Shown piece by piece: positions 20,194 through 30,488 of a stretch of DNA of 64,000 nucleotides. The notes under the pieces are model-generated. The model had not been told where the DNA came from. It ran no database searches and saw only the letters and a list, made by a program, of their open reading frames with translations. Location: positions 1,792,001 through 1,856,000 of the forward strand of contig OZ220744.1 in NCBI GenBank assembly GCA_965116925.1, read 5' to 3'. Position 1 is the first letter of the stretch; the number at the start of each line of letters is the position of its first letter. The DNA is from Candidatus Poribacteria bacterium. Lineage in GTDB: Bacteria > Poribacteria > WGA-4E > PCPOR2b. The translations under genes and the position numbers were made by a program.

Positions 20194-20414
20194 TATAGTA
20201 GATTTTAGAATTAATGGGACACGCTAAACCGGTGCGGTTACATGAAAATTAAAAAAACAGTTCGGTAATTTGCTAGCGACGCCGGCGCGGTGGAAAACCG
20301 CGCCTACCGTGTGTTTCGAGGAAAATAGGGATTACCGATTTAAATACTTAAATCTCATCAAACCGCACCTACCGGGGGCGCGCAAGTGTTTCTTTATTTT
20401 TTGAATTCACTATA
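20194..20414. mobile_element. TATAG-ended MITE-like element carrying a REP, with a second element nested at 20241-20358
   Basis: Ends tatagtagattttagaattaatg and tttattttttgaattcactata are shared with 32240-32347. Confidence 0.8.
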
Positions 20415-20548
20415 AAAACAGGGCTTGTGAAGGATTTTTCATGCACTGAAAGGGTTGGCTGCATTGAGCTTCGGACAAGATTTTCGCTCATAATTACAAG
20501 TTGAATCTTAGCCCCAATTTCTTCCCTTTTGCAGTGTATAATGGTATT

Positions 20549-20675
20549 TATAGCGAATCAGAGAAATAAGTGGACATTTACCAATAACCCCAACCCCCTA
20601 AATCCCCCTGATCAGGGGGATTTAGGGGGTTGGCTGTGTATTGAGAGTGTCTCATGACTTCTAACATCTACTCTA
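20549..20675. mobile_element. Inverted copy of the same MITE shell carrying a perfect 44-bp palindrome (20590-20633)
   Basis: The reverse complement begins tagagtagatgttagaagtcatgagacactc, against tatagtagattttagaattaatgagacactc at 32240. Confidence 0.75.
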
Positions 20676-20691
20676 ATCAGGAGAAACTCAA

Positions 20692-21846
20692 TTGGCTCAA
20701 AATTATGTATTTACATCTGAATCTGTAACGGAAGGACACCCTGATAAGCTTGCAGATCAGATTTCTGATGCCGTGCTTGACGCGGTTATGGCAGAGGATC
20801 CGATGGGGCGTGTCGCCTGCGAAACGTTGGTGACAACAGGACTCGCGCTCATCACAGGTGAAATGACGACCTCCGCGAATTTCATTGATATTCCCGCACT
20901 GGTTCGGCACACTATCCAACAGGTTGGCTATATCAGGGCAACTTATGGATTTGACTATGAACACTGCGCGCTCCTGACTGCAATTGACGAGCAATCCGCC
21001 GATATTGCGATGGGAGTAGATCGGCTCGGTGCTGGCGATCAAGGGATGATGTTCGGCTATGCGTGTCGTGAGACGCCGGAGCTAATGCCAATGCCAATTA
21101 TATTGGCACATAGACTGACGCGCCGGCTTGCACAGGCACGGAAAGAGGGTATATTGGACTTCCTAAGACCTGATGGCAAGTCGCAGGTCACTGTTGAATA
21201 TGCTGATGGACAGCCTGTAGGCGTTGATACCGTTGTGATTTCGACCCAACATGATCCTGAAGTTACGAATGAAGAGTTAAGAGAAGCCATCATCGAAGAA
21301 ATTATCAAACCTATCATTCCTGAAGAACTACGTCAAAGGCAATCCGACATCACCTACCATGTCAATCCAACAGGGCGTTTTGTCGTCGGCGGACCGCAAG
21401 GCGATTGTGGATTAACGGGTCGAAAGATTATTGCTGATACCTATGGTGGGATGGGACGGCACGGTGGCGGGGCATTTTCTGGTAAAGATCCGACGAAGGT
21501 GGATCGGAGCGCAGCGTATGCAGCGAGGCATGTTGCGAAAAACATCGTTGCCGCCGGATTGGCAGATCGATGTGAAGCCCAACTCTCTTATGCAATTGGT
21601 GTTGTTGAGCCGATTTCAATTATGCTTGATACTTTTGGCACAGGTGCAATCCCTGATGAGAAACTGACACAGCTCGTGACAAAGCATTTTGATCTAACAC
21701 CAGCCGGAATTATCGAACGGCTTGAACTCCGGAAACCGATTTACTCAGCGACGGCGGCTTATGGGCATTTCGGACGTGAAGAGCCGGGCTTCACATGGGA
21801 GTTGACGGACTATGCAGACTTGCTGAAGTCAGAGGCAGGGGTGTAG
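20692..21846 (+). CDS. metK: S-adenosylmethionine synthetase
   Basis: [19 protein letters not shown] and GGGAFSGKD motifs. Confidence 0.99.
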   Translation: MAQNYVFTSESVTEGHPDKLADQISDAVLDAVMAEDPMGRVACETLVTTGLALITGEMTTSANFIDIPALVRHTIQQVGYIRATYGFDYEHCALLTAIDEQSADIAMGVDRLGAGDQGMMFGYACRETPELMPMPIILAHRLTRRLAQARKEGILDFLRPDGKSQVTVEYADGQPVGVDTVVISTQHDPEVTNEELREAIIEEIIKPIIPEELRQRQSDITYHVNPTGRFVVGGPQGDCGLTGRKIIADTYGGMGRHGGGAFSGKDPTKVDRSAAYAARHVAKNIVAAGLADRCEAQLSYAIGVVEPISIMLDTFGTGAIPDEKLTQLVTKHFDLTPAGIIERLELRKPIYSATAAYGHFGREEPGFTWELTDYADLLKSEAGV

Positions 21847-21857
21847 GAGACGAAACT

Positions 21858-23120
21858 ATGAATCACGACATTAAAGACCAAGAATTTGCAGACGATGGAA
21901 AGCGGCGAATCGACTGGGCAGACCGTTTCATGCCTGTCCTGCGTTTGATTCGCCAACGGTTTGAACAGGAACGGCCACTCGAAGGTGTGCGGATTTCTGC
22001 CTGTTTGCATGTCACTACGGAAACAGCGAACTTAGTTCGAGCACTGAAAGCGGGCGGTGCTGAGGTACTCCTGTGTGCCTCTAACCCGCTGAGTACGCAG
22101 GACGATGTTGCTGCGTCGCTTGTGGTGCATGATGGTATCCCCATTTTTGCAATCAAAGGGGAGGATACCGAGACCTATTACCAACATATTGATGAAGCGG
22201 TCAACTTCAAACCGGCGATCACCATGGATGATGGTGCGGATTTGGTTTCTCGGCTGCACGCTGAGGATGCAAACCCTGCTTACGTGGAGAATGTGCTCGC
22301 TGGAACAGAGGAAACAACAACGGGAGTTATTCGTCTTAGGAGCATGGCAGCCGAAGGCGTGTTAAAGTATCCGATCATCGCTGTGAACGATGCCAAAACC
22401 AAACATTTTTTTGATAATCGCTACGGGACCGGGCAGAGCACGCTGGACGGCATCATTCGTGCGACCAATCTGCTTGTTGCCGGTACGACTGTTGCGGTCG
22501 CAGGCTACGGTTGGTGCGGACGCGGTTTTGCTGACCGGGCGCGGGGATTAGGCGCGAATGTCATCGTTACAGAGGTTGATCCGTTAAACGCATTGGAAGC
22601 GGTAATGGATGGCTTCCGGGTTTTACCTATGATCCAAGCGGTTGCTGAAGCCGATCTCGTTGTTACGTTAACGGGCAATATTCATGTCTTGCGCCGTGAG
22701 CATTTTGAGGCAATGAAGGATGGCGCGATTATTTGTAATTCGGGGCATTTCAATGTCGAAATTAACATCCCTGATCTCAAGGATTTGAGCACCGAGGTGA
22801 GAACGACACGGGAGTTGGTTGAAGAATACTCTCTCAAGGATGGGCGCAAGCTTTATCTGCTCGGTGAAGGAAGACTTATCAATCTCGCTTCGGCGGAGGG
22901 GCATCCTGCTAGCGTCATGGATATGAGTTTTGCGAATCAGGCGTTGTCTGCGGAGTATGTTGTTAAGAACCATGAGCAGATGGAAAACCGTGTTTATGAC
23001 GTGCCGGAAGAACTGGATGATTCTATCGCAAAACTGAAGTTGCAAGCCATCGGTGTTGCAATTGATGAACTGACGGAAGAGCAGGAGACCTATCTCAATT
23101 CTTGGACAATGGGAACGTAA
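21858..23120 (+). CDS. ahcY: Adenosylhomocysteinase
   Basis: [24 protein letters not shown] and [11 protein letters not shown] at 21858 after AGGAG. Confidence 0.98.
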   Translation: MNHDIKDQEFADDGKRRIDWADRFMPVLRLIRQRFEQERPLEGVRISACLHVTTETANLVRALKAGGAEVLLCASNPLSTQDDVAASLVVHDGIPIFAIKGEDTETYYQHIDEAVNFKPAITMDDGADLVSRLHAEDANPAYVENVLAGTEETTTGVIRLRSMAAEGVLKYPIIAVNDAKTKHFFDNRYGTGQSTLDGIIRATNLLVAGTTVAVAGYGWCGRGFADRARGLGANVIVTEVDPLNALEAVMDGFRVLPMIQAVAEADLVVTLTGNIHVLRREHFEAMKDGAIICNSGHFNVEINIPDLKDLSTEVRTTRELVEEYSLKDGRKLYLLGEGRLINLASAEGHPASVMDMSFANQALSAEYVVKNHEQMENRVYDVPEELDDSIAKLKLQAIGVAIDELTEEQETYLNSWTMGT

Positions 23121-23241
23121 CGTAAAACGTGAGATGCTAAGGATTGCCACAAAAAGTGGGCATTTTATTCAACAAGATCAGCCCGATCTCGTTGTTGATG
23201 CCATCCGATGGGTAGTGAAAAAAGTACGGGAGGCTTGACCT

Positions 23242-23478
23242 ATGAAAAATTCGGACCTCTGGGAAAATATCATTTTGCTCTTGTCGGCGATTTTACTCGT
23301 ACCAATCTGGATGTACGCTTCCAACCAACACGCATTATCTGATGGAACCCTCAAACTTTTACAGGTATTGCAATTTGTGTTGGTGGTTGTCCTTGTAGCT
23401 ATTTTTGTTCGGCGGTTGCGGCGCGTGGTTTCCGCGCTGCGTGAAAACAAAAACCGTCAGGGGCCCCCTTCTTTCTAA
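23242..23478 (+). CDS. Small two-helix membrane protein
   Basis: GGAGG RBS and two hydrophobic segments. Confidence 0.7.
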   Translation: MKNSDLWENIILLLSAILLVPIWMYASNQHALSDGTLKLLQVLQFVLVVVLVAIFVRRLRRVVSALRENKNRQGPPSF

Positions 23479-23532
23479 TCCACTTTCACGCGCTAGCCTG
23501 ACTCTCATCAGATTTGGTTGTGAGGTTGATTC

Positions 23533-24438
23533 ATGAGTATTTTAGTCGTCGGATCCGCGGGGTTGGACGATGTTAAAACCCATGCCGGCGAAGTCGAAAA
23601 TGTACTTGGCGGATCGGCTATCTACTTTTCGACTGCGGCAAGTTTCTTCTACGATTCTATCCGGCTAGTCGCTGTTGTCGGAGATGATTTTCCCCAAGCG
23701 CATCTCGATTTTTTGGAAGCGCGCGGGATTGGACTCGAAGGGTTGGAGCAGATCCAAGGTGGTAAAACCTTCCGTTGGGGCGGAGACTACACCAGCGACC
23801 TCAACGCTGCAACGACGCTCTTTACCGATCTGAATGTCTACGGTGACTTCGATCCGAAACTGCCGGAAACGTATAAAGATACCCCTTACGTTTTCTTAGC
23901 TAATATCAATCCTGAATTGCAGCTGAATGTGCTTCGGCAAGCGACAACCCCAGAATTGATCGTGTGCGACACGATGAATCTCTGGATTAATAACAGTCTT
24001 GATGCACTGATGCAGACTTTGGGCGAAGTGGATATCTTAATCCTAAATGATGGGGAAGCGCGTCTATTGACCGGTGAAGACAACTTGATCCGCGCTGGAA
24101 AGCAGATTCTCACCTATGGTCCGGATCGAGTTGTTATCAAAAAAGGGGAACATGGGGCGATTACCCTGACCGATTCCACATTCTTTGCTGCGCCCGCTTA
24201 TCCGTTGGAGTCGGTATCGGATCCAACCGGGGCCGGCGACAGCTTTGCTGGCGGATTTTTAGGGTATCTCGCCTCTGTCGGAGAGACCTCGGAGGCGGTG
24301 ATCCGCAAAGCAATTATCTACGGAACGGTTATCGCCTCCTTCAATGTTGAAGATTTCAGTTTGAACCGTCAACGTCGCCTGACGCAATCTGAGATTGAAG
24401 ATCGCTATCGTCAACTATACGAAGCTGCCCTATTCTGA
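23533..24438 (+). CDS. PfkB family sugar or nucleoside kinase
   Basis: LGGSA, KKGEHG and DPTGAGDSFAGG motifs. Confidence 0.92.
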   Translation: MSILVVGSAGLDDVKTHAGEVENVLGGSAIYFSTAASFFYDSIRLVAVVGDDFPQAHLDFLEARGIGLEGLEQIQGGKTFRWGGDYTSDLNAATTLFTDLNVYGDFDPKLPETYKDTPYVFLANINPELQLNVLRQATTPELIVCDTMNLWINNSLDALMQTLGEVDILILNDGEARLLTGEDNLIRAGKQILTYGPDRVVIKKGEHGAITLTDSTFFAAPAYPLESVSDPTGAGDSFAGGFLGYLASVGETSEAVIRKAIIYGTVIASFNVEDFSLNRQRRLTQSEIEDRYRQLYEAALF

Positions 24439-24487
24439 ACCCACCACCCCTGCATCATACCTCGTTATAGCAATAAGCAATTTGAGA

Positions 24488-25519
24488 CTAACTTACCCCT
24501 TTTGTGATAAGCACCCACCACGGTTCCTTGCCCACGTCGTAAGTTTCCAACGGATAGAGATAACCGCCATCTGCATCAATGCGGTACACGATTAGCCGGT
24601 CAGCAGATTGACCTGCACTAATTAAAAATTTGCCATTCGGGTCGATTCTGAAGGAGCGTGGGATCTTTTCTGTCGGGAAGTAGCCGATGGAGTTCAATGA
24701 GCCGTCGGAATTGATAGCGTAACCGGCGATGCTATCGTGACCACGATTCGCAGCGTACAGGAATTTTCCCGATGGGTGCATTTCCAAGCGGGCGCAGGAA
24801 TTACTGCCATCATAATTTTCCGGCAGCGTTGGGAGCGTTTGGAAAGTGCTAAGTGTGCCATTTGAGGCGTTGAATTTATAGGCGGTGACACTGCTACCCT
24901 GCTCGTTGTCGGCATAGATGAAGGGTTGGCTCGGATGAAAGCAGATGTGACGGGGGCCATCTTCGCCTTCAGGGATAACTTGGGGTGTTGTATTAGGAGA
25001 AAGGGTGCCGGCACTGGCGTCAAACTGAAATTGAAAAATCGAATTGGTAGGACATGTGTGGGAGACAAATACAGATCTGTTTAATGGATCGATAGCGACT
25101 CCGTGTGCGTGTTCACCGGTTGAGTGTGTATCGCTCGGTTCGCTTTGAAGCGTCCCGTCGTCCCGAAGCGGGTAAACGGTCACCTTACCGGGAACGTAGT
25201 AAGGGGTTATCAAGAAGTCCCCCGTCTTGTCGATCTCAAGGTAAGCTGGGTCCTCCCAACCTGTCACCGTTGTGTCCATCAATTCGAGTTGACCTGTGCT
25301 TCGGTCAAGATGGAAACTGATGATGTCTCCAGTGGCGCGAATTGCTGCGTAGAGGACCTCCCGCATCGGATGGACGGTGAGTATGCTAGGAGGACTATAG
25401 ACCGAGACCTCCCCGTGGGAAGTTAGTTCTGCCGTTTCAGGTGACATTTTGAAAATGGAGATTTTGCTCTCACCTGCGATGGAAACGTATACGTAGAGAT
25501 TTGATTGGGTTGAATCCAT
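24488..25519 (-). CDS. Lactonase family (6-phosphogluconolactonase-like) beta-propeller
   Basis: HAHG, GPRH, LYAANRGHDSIA and PRSF motifs. Confidence 0.9.
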   Translation of the reverse strand: MDSTQSNLYVYVSIAGESKISIFKMSPETAELTSHGEVSVYSPPSILTVHPMREVLYAAIRATGDIISFHLDRSTGQLELMDTTVTGWEDPAYLEIDKTGDFLITPYYVPGKVTVYPLRDDGTLQSEPSDTHSTGEHAHGVAIDPLNRSVFVSHTCPTNSIFQFQFDASAGTLSPNTTPQVIPEGEDGPRHICFHPSQPFIYADNEQGSSVTAYKFNASNGTLSTFQTLPTLPENYDGSNSCARLEMHPSGKFLYAANRGHDSIAGYAINSDGSLNSIGYFPTEKIPRSFRIDPNGKFLISAGQSADRLIVYRIDADGGYLYPLETYDVGKEPWWVLITKGVS

Positions 25520-25715
25520 TGTGTTCCTCGTTAATCCAGAGATGTGTTGTTTTGGCAAGTTGGTATGATAATATAGAAAAGCGATGCTGGGATTTTATTC
25601 AATCCTACTATGCCTGTCAAGTATTTTCACATAGGGTTTTTACACTTCTTGTTTACTGTGGAGTCTAGTGCTATAATATGATAGAAATCAAGTCACCATT
25701 GAGGGAGTATTAACC

Positions 25716-26240
25716 ATGAATGCAAAATCCGTCACCCTCGAAGAATTCTTGGCAAACGACTATGAATCTTATGAATACATAAAGGGAAACCTTGTACCGA
25801 TGGGCGACCCAACTATGGAACATGGAGAATTGAGTTCCAATCTCGTTATTTTACTCGGAACCTACATACGTCAGCATCAATTGGGGCGAATTTATACGGC
25901 AGAAACTACGTTCCAAATCGGACAAGGTGGACGTAAACCGGATGTGGCGTTTATTTCACAGGATCGGCTCCCTGAAAACAGACGTCAAACCAGTCCTATC
26001 CCGCCAAATCTTGCCATTGAAGTTGTTTCGCCGATTGATAAGACCTACGAGATTCAAGAAAAGGTATCGGAATACCTCAACGCTGGTGCCCAGATGGTTT
26101 GGGTTGTTGAACCTGTTTTAAGGACAGTTACTGTTTATCGTTCATCAAATGACATCAAAACGCTTACTATCAATGATTCTCTCACCGGGGAAGATGTCAT
26201 TGAAGGGTTTCAGTGTTCGGTTACAGAAATCTTTGACTAA
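25716..26240 (+). CDS. Uma2 family putative endonuclease
   Basis: RKPDVAFI, PNLAIEVVSP and YLNAGAQMVWVVEP motifs. Confidence 0.92.
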   Translation: MNAKSVTLEEFLANDYESYEYIKGNLVPMGDPTMEHGELSSNLVILLGTYIRQHQLGRIYTAETTFQIGQGGRKPDVAFISQDRLPENRRQTSPIPPNLAIEVVSPIDKTYEIQEKVSEYLNAGAQMVWVVEPVLRTVTVYRSSNDIKTLTINDSLTGEDVIEGFQCSVTEIFD

Positions 26241-26278
26241 ACAATTTTTGCGAAAACAAGCTAACTCCGGGGTGTGCA

Positions 26279-27319
26279 ATGAAAGCAGCACGATTTTATG
26301 GTGGGAAAGATATACGACTTGAGACGCTGCCCAATCCAATGCCGGGACCGGGCGAAGTGTTGGTTCAGGTGGAGGCAACGGGTATCTGCGGCAGCGACCT
26401 GCACGGCTACCATGCGGAAAATCCGAGGACGGTTTCACCTCGAATAGCGGGACATGAATTGACGGGTCAGGTGGTTGACCTCGGAACAGGGGATGTCAAG
26501 CATGAAGTAGGTGCCCGCGTTGCTGTTGAACCAACTATCCCTTGCAACGAGTGTCCGGAGTGTCTCAGCGGCAACTATAATATCTGTTCCAAATTGGTGC
26601 ATATCGGTGGCACGGCTCGCGGAGGCGGATTTGCCGAGTACATGGTGGCTCCTGAGGATAATGTTTACACCCTCCCGGACAATGTCTCTTTTGAAGCCGG
26701 TGCGCTTGCAGAAGTTTACGCTGTGGCTGTCCATGCGTTGTCAATGGTTCCGGTGCAGCCCGGCGATCAGGTTGCCGTGATCGGGAGCGGACCTATCGGC
26801 CTGACTATCGCTCAGATGGCGAGTTTGGCAGGCGCGGAATCGGTTGTCATTTTGGGCAAGCCCGACGGTCCCTTGGGGATTGCCGAACAGATGCTTGGTG
26901 CGATTCCGATAAATGTTGATACGACCGATCCGGTGGAGGAGGTAATGGCGTGGACCAAGGGGCGAGGGGCGACCGTTGTCTTTGAGGCAGTAGGTGGCCG
27001 GTCAAACACGCTGATGCAGGCGACTGAAATTGCTGCCAAGCGCGGGAAGATCTGCATGGTAGGCGGTCATGTTGCCCCCCTCACACTGGATGCCCGATAC
27101 GCTCGTAGCCGTGAGTTGACGGTTACGTGGGCTTTCTGTTATGGGCGTCGTGGAGGGGAGAAGGAGTTCCAGATTGCCCTGAACTTGATGGGAGCCGGTA
27201 AACTTGACCCCGCACCGCTAATCACCCATCGCTTTCCTCTTGATGCGATTAGGGAAGCGTTTGCTGTTGCTGATGGACGGGAGACATACGGTTCAGTGAA
27301 GGTGTTGGTGTTTCCATAA
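26279..27319 (+). CDS. Zinc-dependent alcohol or polyol dehydrogenase
   Basis: GICGSDLH, GHE, CxxCxxC...C and GSGPIG motifs. Confidence 0.93.
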   Translation: MKAARFYGGKDIRLETLPNPMPGPGEVLVQVEATGICGSDLHGYHAENPRTVSPRIAGHELTGQVVDLGTGDVKHEVGARVAVEPTIPCNECPECLSGNYNICSKLVHIGGTARGGGFAEYMVAPEDNVYTLPDNVSFEAGALAEVYAVAVHALSMVPVQPGDQVAVIGSGPIGLTIAQMASLAGAESVVILGKPDGPLGIAEQMLGAIPINVDTTDPVEEVMAWTKGRGATVVFEAVGGRSNTLMQATEIAAKRGKICMVGGHVAPLTLDARYARSRELTVTWAFCYGRRGGEKEFQIALNLMGAGKLDPAPLITHRFPLDAIREAFAVADGRETYGSVKVLVFP

Positions 27320-27389
27320 AGGGGACAACGAATTTTCCCATTTTACCCGCGAATTCATGTGTTCATCGCGCTGATGAATTCTCTACATT

Positions 27390-27495
27390 GCACTCCTCTG
27401 GAGTGCGGGATTTGGGGTGCTGTTATTCTATAGACATATCGCTCCTCTGGAGCGAAAAGCGAAATCCTTGATAGGCGAGGGAATTCGTCTCTACA
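27390..27495. repeat. Cluster of short palindromic repeats between convergent genes
   Basis: gcactcctctggagtgc and ttctatagacatatcgctcctctggagcga, whose reverse complement resembles 40302-40330. A degenerate CTAC-ended hairpin follows. Confidence 0.7.
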
Positions 27496-27549
27496 GAAAA
27501 ACCGATGGTTTATCAATAGGTAGGAGCTTAAGTTATAGTATCCATTTCC

Positions 27550-28416
27550 TCACAGTCTAGCTGCTGATCCCTCTGCGCCAACTAACTCCGCCTTTTGTAA
27601 CAGCCAGCCACGTTCGATAGCGTTTACAACAACCAAAGTCAGTGTTATGTCGTACGACCCTGGTCCCGTGATGATTTCTGACACATCGGTTTCTCCGGTG
27701 ATGACTATCCTTTCGGGGAGATCTACCGCTCCGATTGCCGCTTCTTCGACAAGCAAAACTCCATTGACATCAACACTCAGAAAAGCACCGGTTCTGGCTT
27801 CATCCTGAACAATATCATATTGCAGTATTACGGGCTGATGCAAGATCTGCGTGACATTTACCTGATATTTCAACATAAGCGTTTCACCTTGAGCTGCCCA
27901 ATAGGTATCAGTATCTATCAAGAGTGACTGTTGTGCGAGCACCTCAACTGTGATGGCGTGTTCAGCCATTGCAAACCCGTCGGTCAACTGCAGCGTGACT
28001 GTGTGTGCGCCGGGTGTGTCCGACGCAACGTAGGTCACGGTTGACGCTTCCCCAATGATCTGTCCGCTGCTTGCCTCCCATCTGAAGATTAGATCTGCTT
28101 CGTCACCCGAATAATCAAAGGTTGCACTAATCGTGGTAGTGCCACCCGCTTCTAGCGTCTGATTTGTCAGGTTTAGGTTGCTGATTTCTACGGTATGCCG
28201 TATCGGAGGAGTAAGGGTTTGATCGGTCTCGCAGCCGATTAGTATCAAGATGAGAATGCAGATTAGGGAGAGCCATATCCAGCCTGTGAACGACTTAAAA
28301 CGCTTGAGGAATTTCAGCCGGTTTGGTGCTAGCCTCTTGCTGCAAGATGTTGTTTCGGAATACATATCTTCGGTTTCCATACCATTCGATTCGCCATTGA
28401 TCAAAACCACGCTCAA
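27550..28416 (-). CDS. Putative lipoprotein with PKD/Ig-like domain (true start probably downstream)
   Basis: Hydrophobic stretch ending LIGC, then FRWEASSG...PGAHTVTLQLTDG. Confidence 0.6.
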   Translation of the reverse strand: MSVVLINGESNGMETEDMYSETTSCSKRLAPNRLKFLKRFKSFTGWIWLSLICILILILIGCETDQTLTPPIRHTVEISNLNLTNQTLEAGGTTTISATFDYSGDEADLIFRWEASSGQIIGEASTVTYVASDTPGAHTVTLQLTDGFAMAEHAITVEVLAQQSLLIDTDTYWAAQGETLMLKYQVNVTQILHQPVILQYDIVQDEARTGAFLSVDVNGVLLVEEAAIGAVDLPERIVITGETDVSEIITGPGSYDITLTLVVVNAIERGWLLQKAELVGAEGSAARL

Positions 28417-28645
28417 ACTGGGTCACACGCTCCGGGGGACCGAGTTTGGCATGAAGTGATTCGACAGTCCCTTGATCCCGTCCAACGAGGTATTTGGTCA
28501 GGATTGCAACGCCGCCTAGAATTGCTACAAGCACCAATTTTCCCTGTGTTTTCACACTGATACTGTGTGCGTTTGAAATGGGACTCAGCAATAAAACAGC
28601 CACCACTAGGTAGCAGGTAAGTTTTTTTGTAGGATTGAAATGCAC
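28295..28645 (-). CDS. Hypothetical exported or membrane protein
   Basis: GTG start. Signal-like segment, TM helix and KLGPPE motif. Confidence 0.5.
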   Translation of the reverse strand: MHFNPTKKLTCYLVVAVLLLSPISNAHSISVKTQGKLVLVAILGGVAILTKYLVGRDQGTVESLHAKLGPPERVTQFERGFDQWRIEWYGNRRYVFRNNILQQEASTKPAEIPQAF

Positions 28646-28682
28646 TATTCTAGGAGAAATAGCGCGTTTCAATCCAGTATCT

Positions 28683-30419
28683 CTACTGTTCATACAGGTC
28701 AACCGCTGTTTCACCTCGTGCGAATCGCTGGGCAGTTCTTGCAGCGGAATCGCTATTGGTATTTTTGCGCACATCGGTTGTCCAACGTGCCAATCCAACG
28801 AGTAACTGATTTCGAGCAGGATGTCCTTCGCACAGTTTCCACTCATCAAAGGTGGTCCGCAGTGTGTTGAGAATATCCCAACCGTTGTCGTCTTTGAGGA
28901 TGCTTTGTCCCAGTTCGGACAATAGCCGGTCGTCGGAAAAACTACTGTTGAGGTATTGTCGCGTCATACGCCCGACCTCTTGAATCTGAATCGTTTCGAT
29001 AGCGTTGATAACGTCTGCAATTGCCTCATCTTCGTTTGATGCATCCGACGGGGTTGTACTTCTCTGCGTACTGAGCGGCATCTGCCTGATGTTGAGCCAG
29101 CGGTTACTGAAGAATTCCCACGCTACGTGGTAAAGCGCTTTAGCGGCAATCTCAAAACCAGCGAACCGCAACGTTGTACGGATGGACGAAGCGAGGGAAA
29201 TCTCCCGTCCCAACTCCCACCAACCCGGACTCATACTTGCTGGCGTGCGTGCCATCCGATCTGCGCCTATAAGCACCATCGTCGAAGCGATGCGGTTTAT
29301 CTCGACACCGTTTTTCAGGGCGTCGGTAATTGTATCAAATGTGTCGTCAAGGTCTCCGCTGACAAGCCCTGCGGCAAATACGTCCTCGTCAAAATCAGTT
29401 GTTTGAGTGGGCGGATTGGCGGCTAAATCCGCGATAAAATCCTCTAACGACTCCAGCTTGCTGATTGCCTCCCGCCGAATTTCGTCCGGCGCACCACGCC
29501 CCCGGCCGAGTATTTTCGCTGTGAGATTGCAAACCAACTCCTCGGCAACCTCCCAACCGAACTGTTCGAGCAATTCGGCGAGATAGCCGATGTAGAGCAA
29601 GCTATCGTTATGTCCCAAGAAGAACGGCTCAACCACACATTCATACGCTAACGGGATGATTTTATCGTCGTGTCCACCAAGACGGCGTGCAGTGATGAGG
29701 CATTTTTCGATGCCTTCCCATTCCCGATCAGCAGAGAATACGCGAATCCATCGTTCTAATTTTTCCCACGTAATCTCTCCGGGCAAGAGGGTGACAGCCG
29801 GACGGTCACCTGCCCGTCCCGACGCGCCCGATGCCGCCATCATCAGTGGGATGAGCCGGTCTTCCGGTTCATACTGGTTGGCAACTTTAACACCGTTAAC
29901 TAGATACGCAAGTTGCCATCCCCCGTTTCCAGCATCAAGTTCGGTTACAAAGTGTCGTCCTCCATGTCGCACCAATCGGTTTAGGACATCGGCTTCGGAA
30001 ACTCCTCTCGCGAGCATAATTGCAACCGCCTTTGAGAGGGTCCAATTATCGCCACTCAACAACCCTTCTTGGAGGAGGAGAAAGTGGGCATCGTCCCGCT
30101 TGTTTCCACCCCCGGCAATATCAATGTATATTTCGTCCTCGCGTACTTCGACAGGGAAGGTTGATAGGTCGTCGCAACCGCCGGTAAAGCAGCCACCGCC
30201 TCCCATATCGTAACTCCAACCGTGCCAATCACAGGTCAATACGCCGCCACGGACGCGCCCTCGTGTCAGCGGGTAGCCCATGTGTGGACACTGATTATCG
30301 GTAGCGTAGATGTTCCCGTTGTGCTTAAATAGGGCAACGCTCTGTCCTTCGACTCTGACAGCCCTTGGCTTTCCTTCAGCTAGGTCATCCAGATTACCGA
30401 CTTTGACAAAGTTTGACAT
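28683..30419 (-). CDS. Rieske [2Fe-2S] protein with large uncharacterised C-terminal region
   Basis: CPH...CDWH Rieske ligands followed by about 470 aa of unassigned sequence. Confidence 0.88.
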   Translation of the reverse strand: MSNFVKVGNLDDLAEGKPRAVRVEGQSVALFKHNGNIYATDNQCPHMGYPLTRGRVRGGVLTCDWHGWSYDMGGGGCFTGGCDDLSTFPVEVREDEIYIDIAGGGNKRDDAHFLLLQEGLLSGDNWTLSKAVAIMLARGVSEADVLNRLVRHGGRHFVTELDAGNGGWQLAYLVNGVKVANQYEPEDRLIPLMMAASGASGRAGDRPAVTLLPGEITWEKLERWIRVFSADREWEGIEKCLITARRLGGHDDKIIPLAYECVVEPFFLGHNDSLLYIGYLAELLEQFGWEVAEELVCNLTAKILGRGRGAPDEIRREAISKLESLEDFIADLAANPPTQTTDFDEDVFAAGLVSGDLDDTFDTITDALKNGVEINRIASTMVLIGADRMARTPASMSPGWWELGREISLASSIRTTLRFAGFEIAAKALYHVAWEFFSNRWLNIRQMPLSTQRSTTPSDASNEDEAIADVINAIETIQIQEVGRMTRQYLNSSFSDDRLLSELGQSILKDDNGWDILNTLRTTFDEWKLCEGHPARNQLLVGLARWTTDVRKNTNSDSAARTAQRFARGETAVDLYEQ

Positions 30420-30488
30420 GATTAATCTCCATTGTTGTTCTGTGTAAAGTGTTTTTCAAGAAGTTTCATAGCCGTTTGAAAGATTGAT

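Noticed and set aside
19750..20690. SAM riboswitch or ncRNA before metK
   Set aside because: No SAM-I core recognised. The structured parts are explained by MITE/REP elements, and 19750-20190 remains unassigned.
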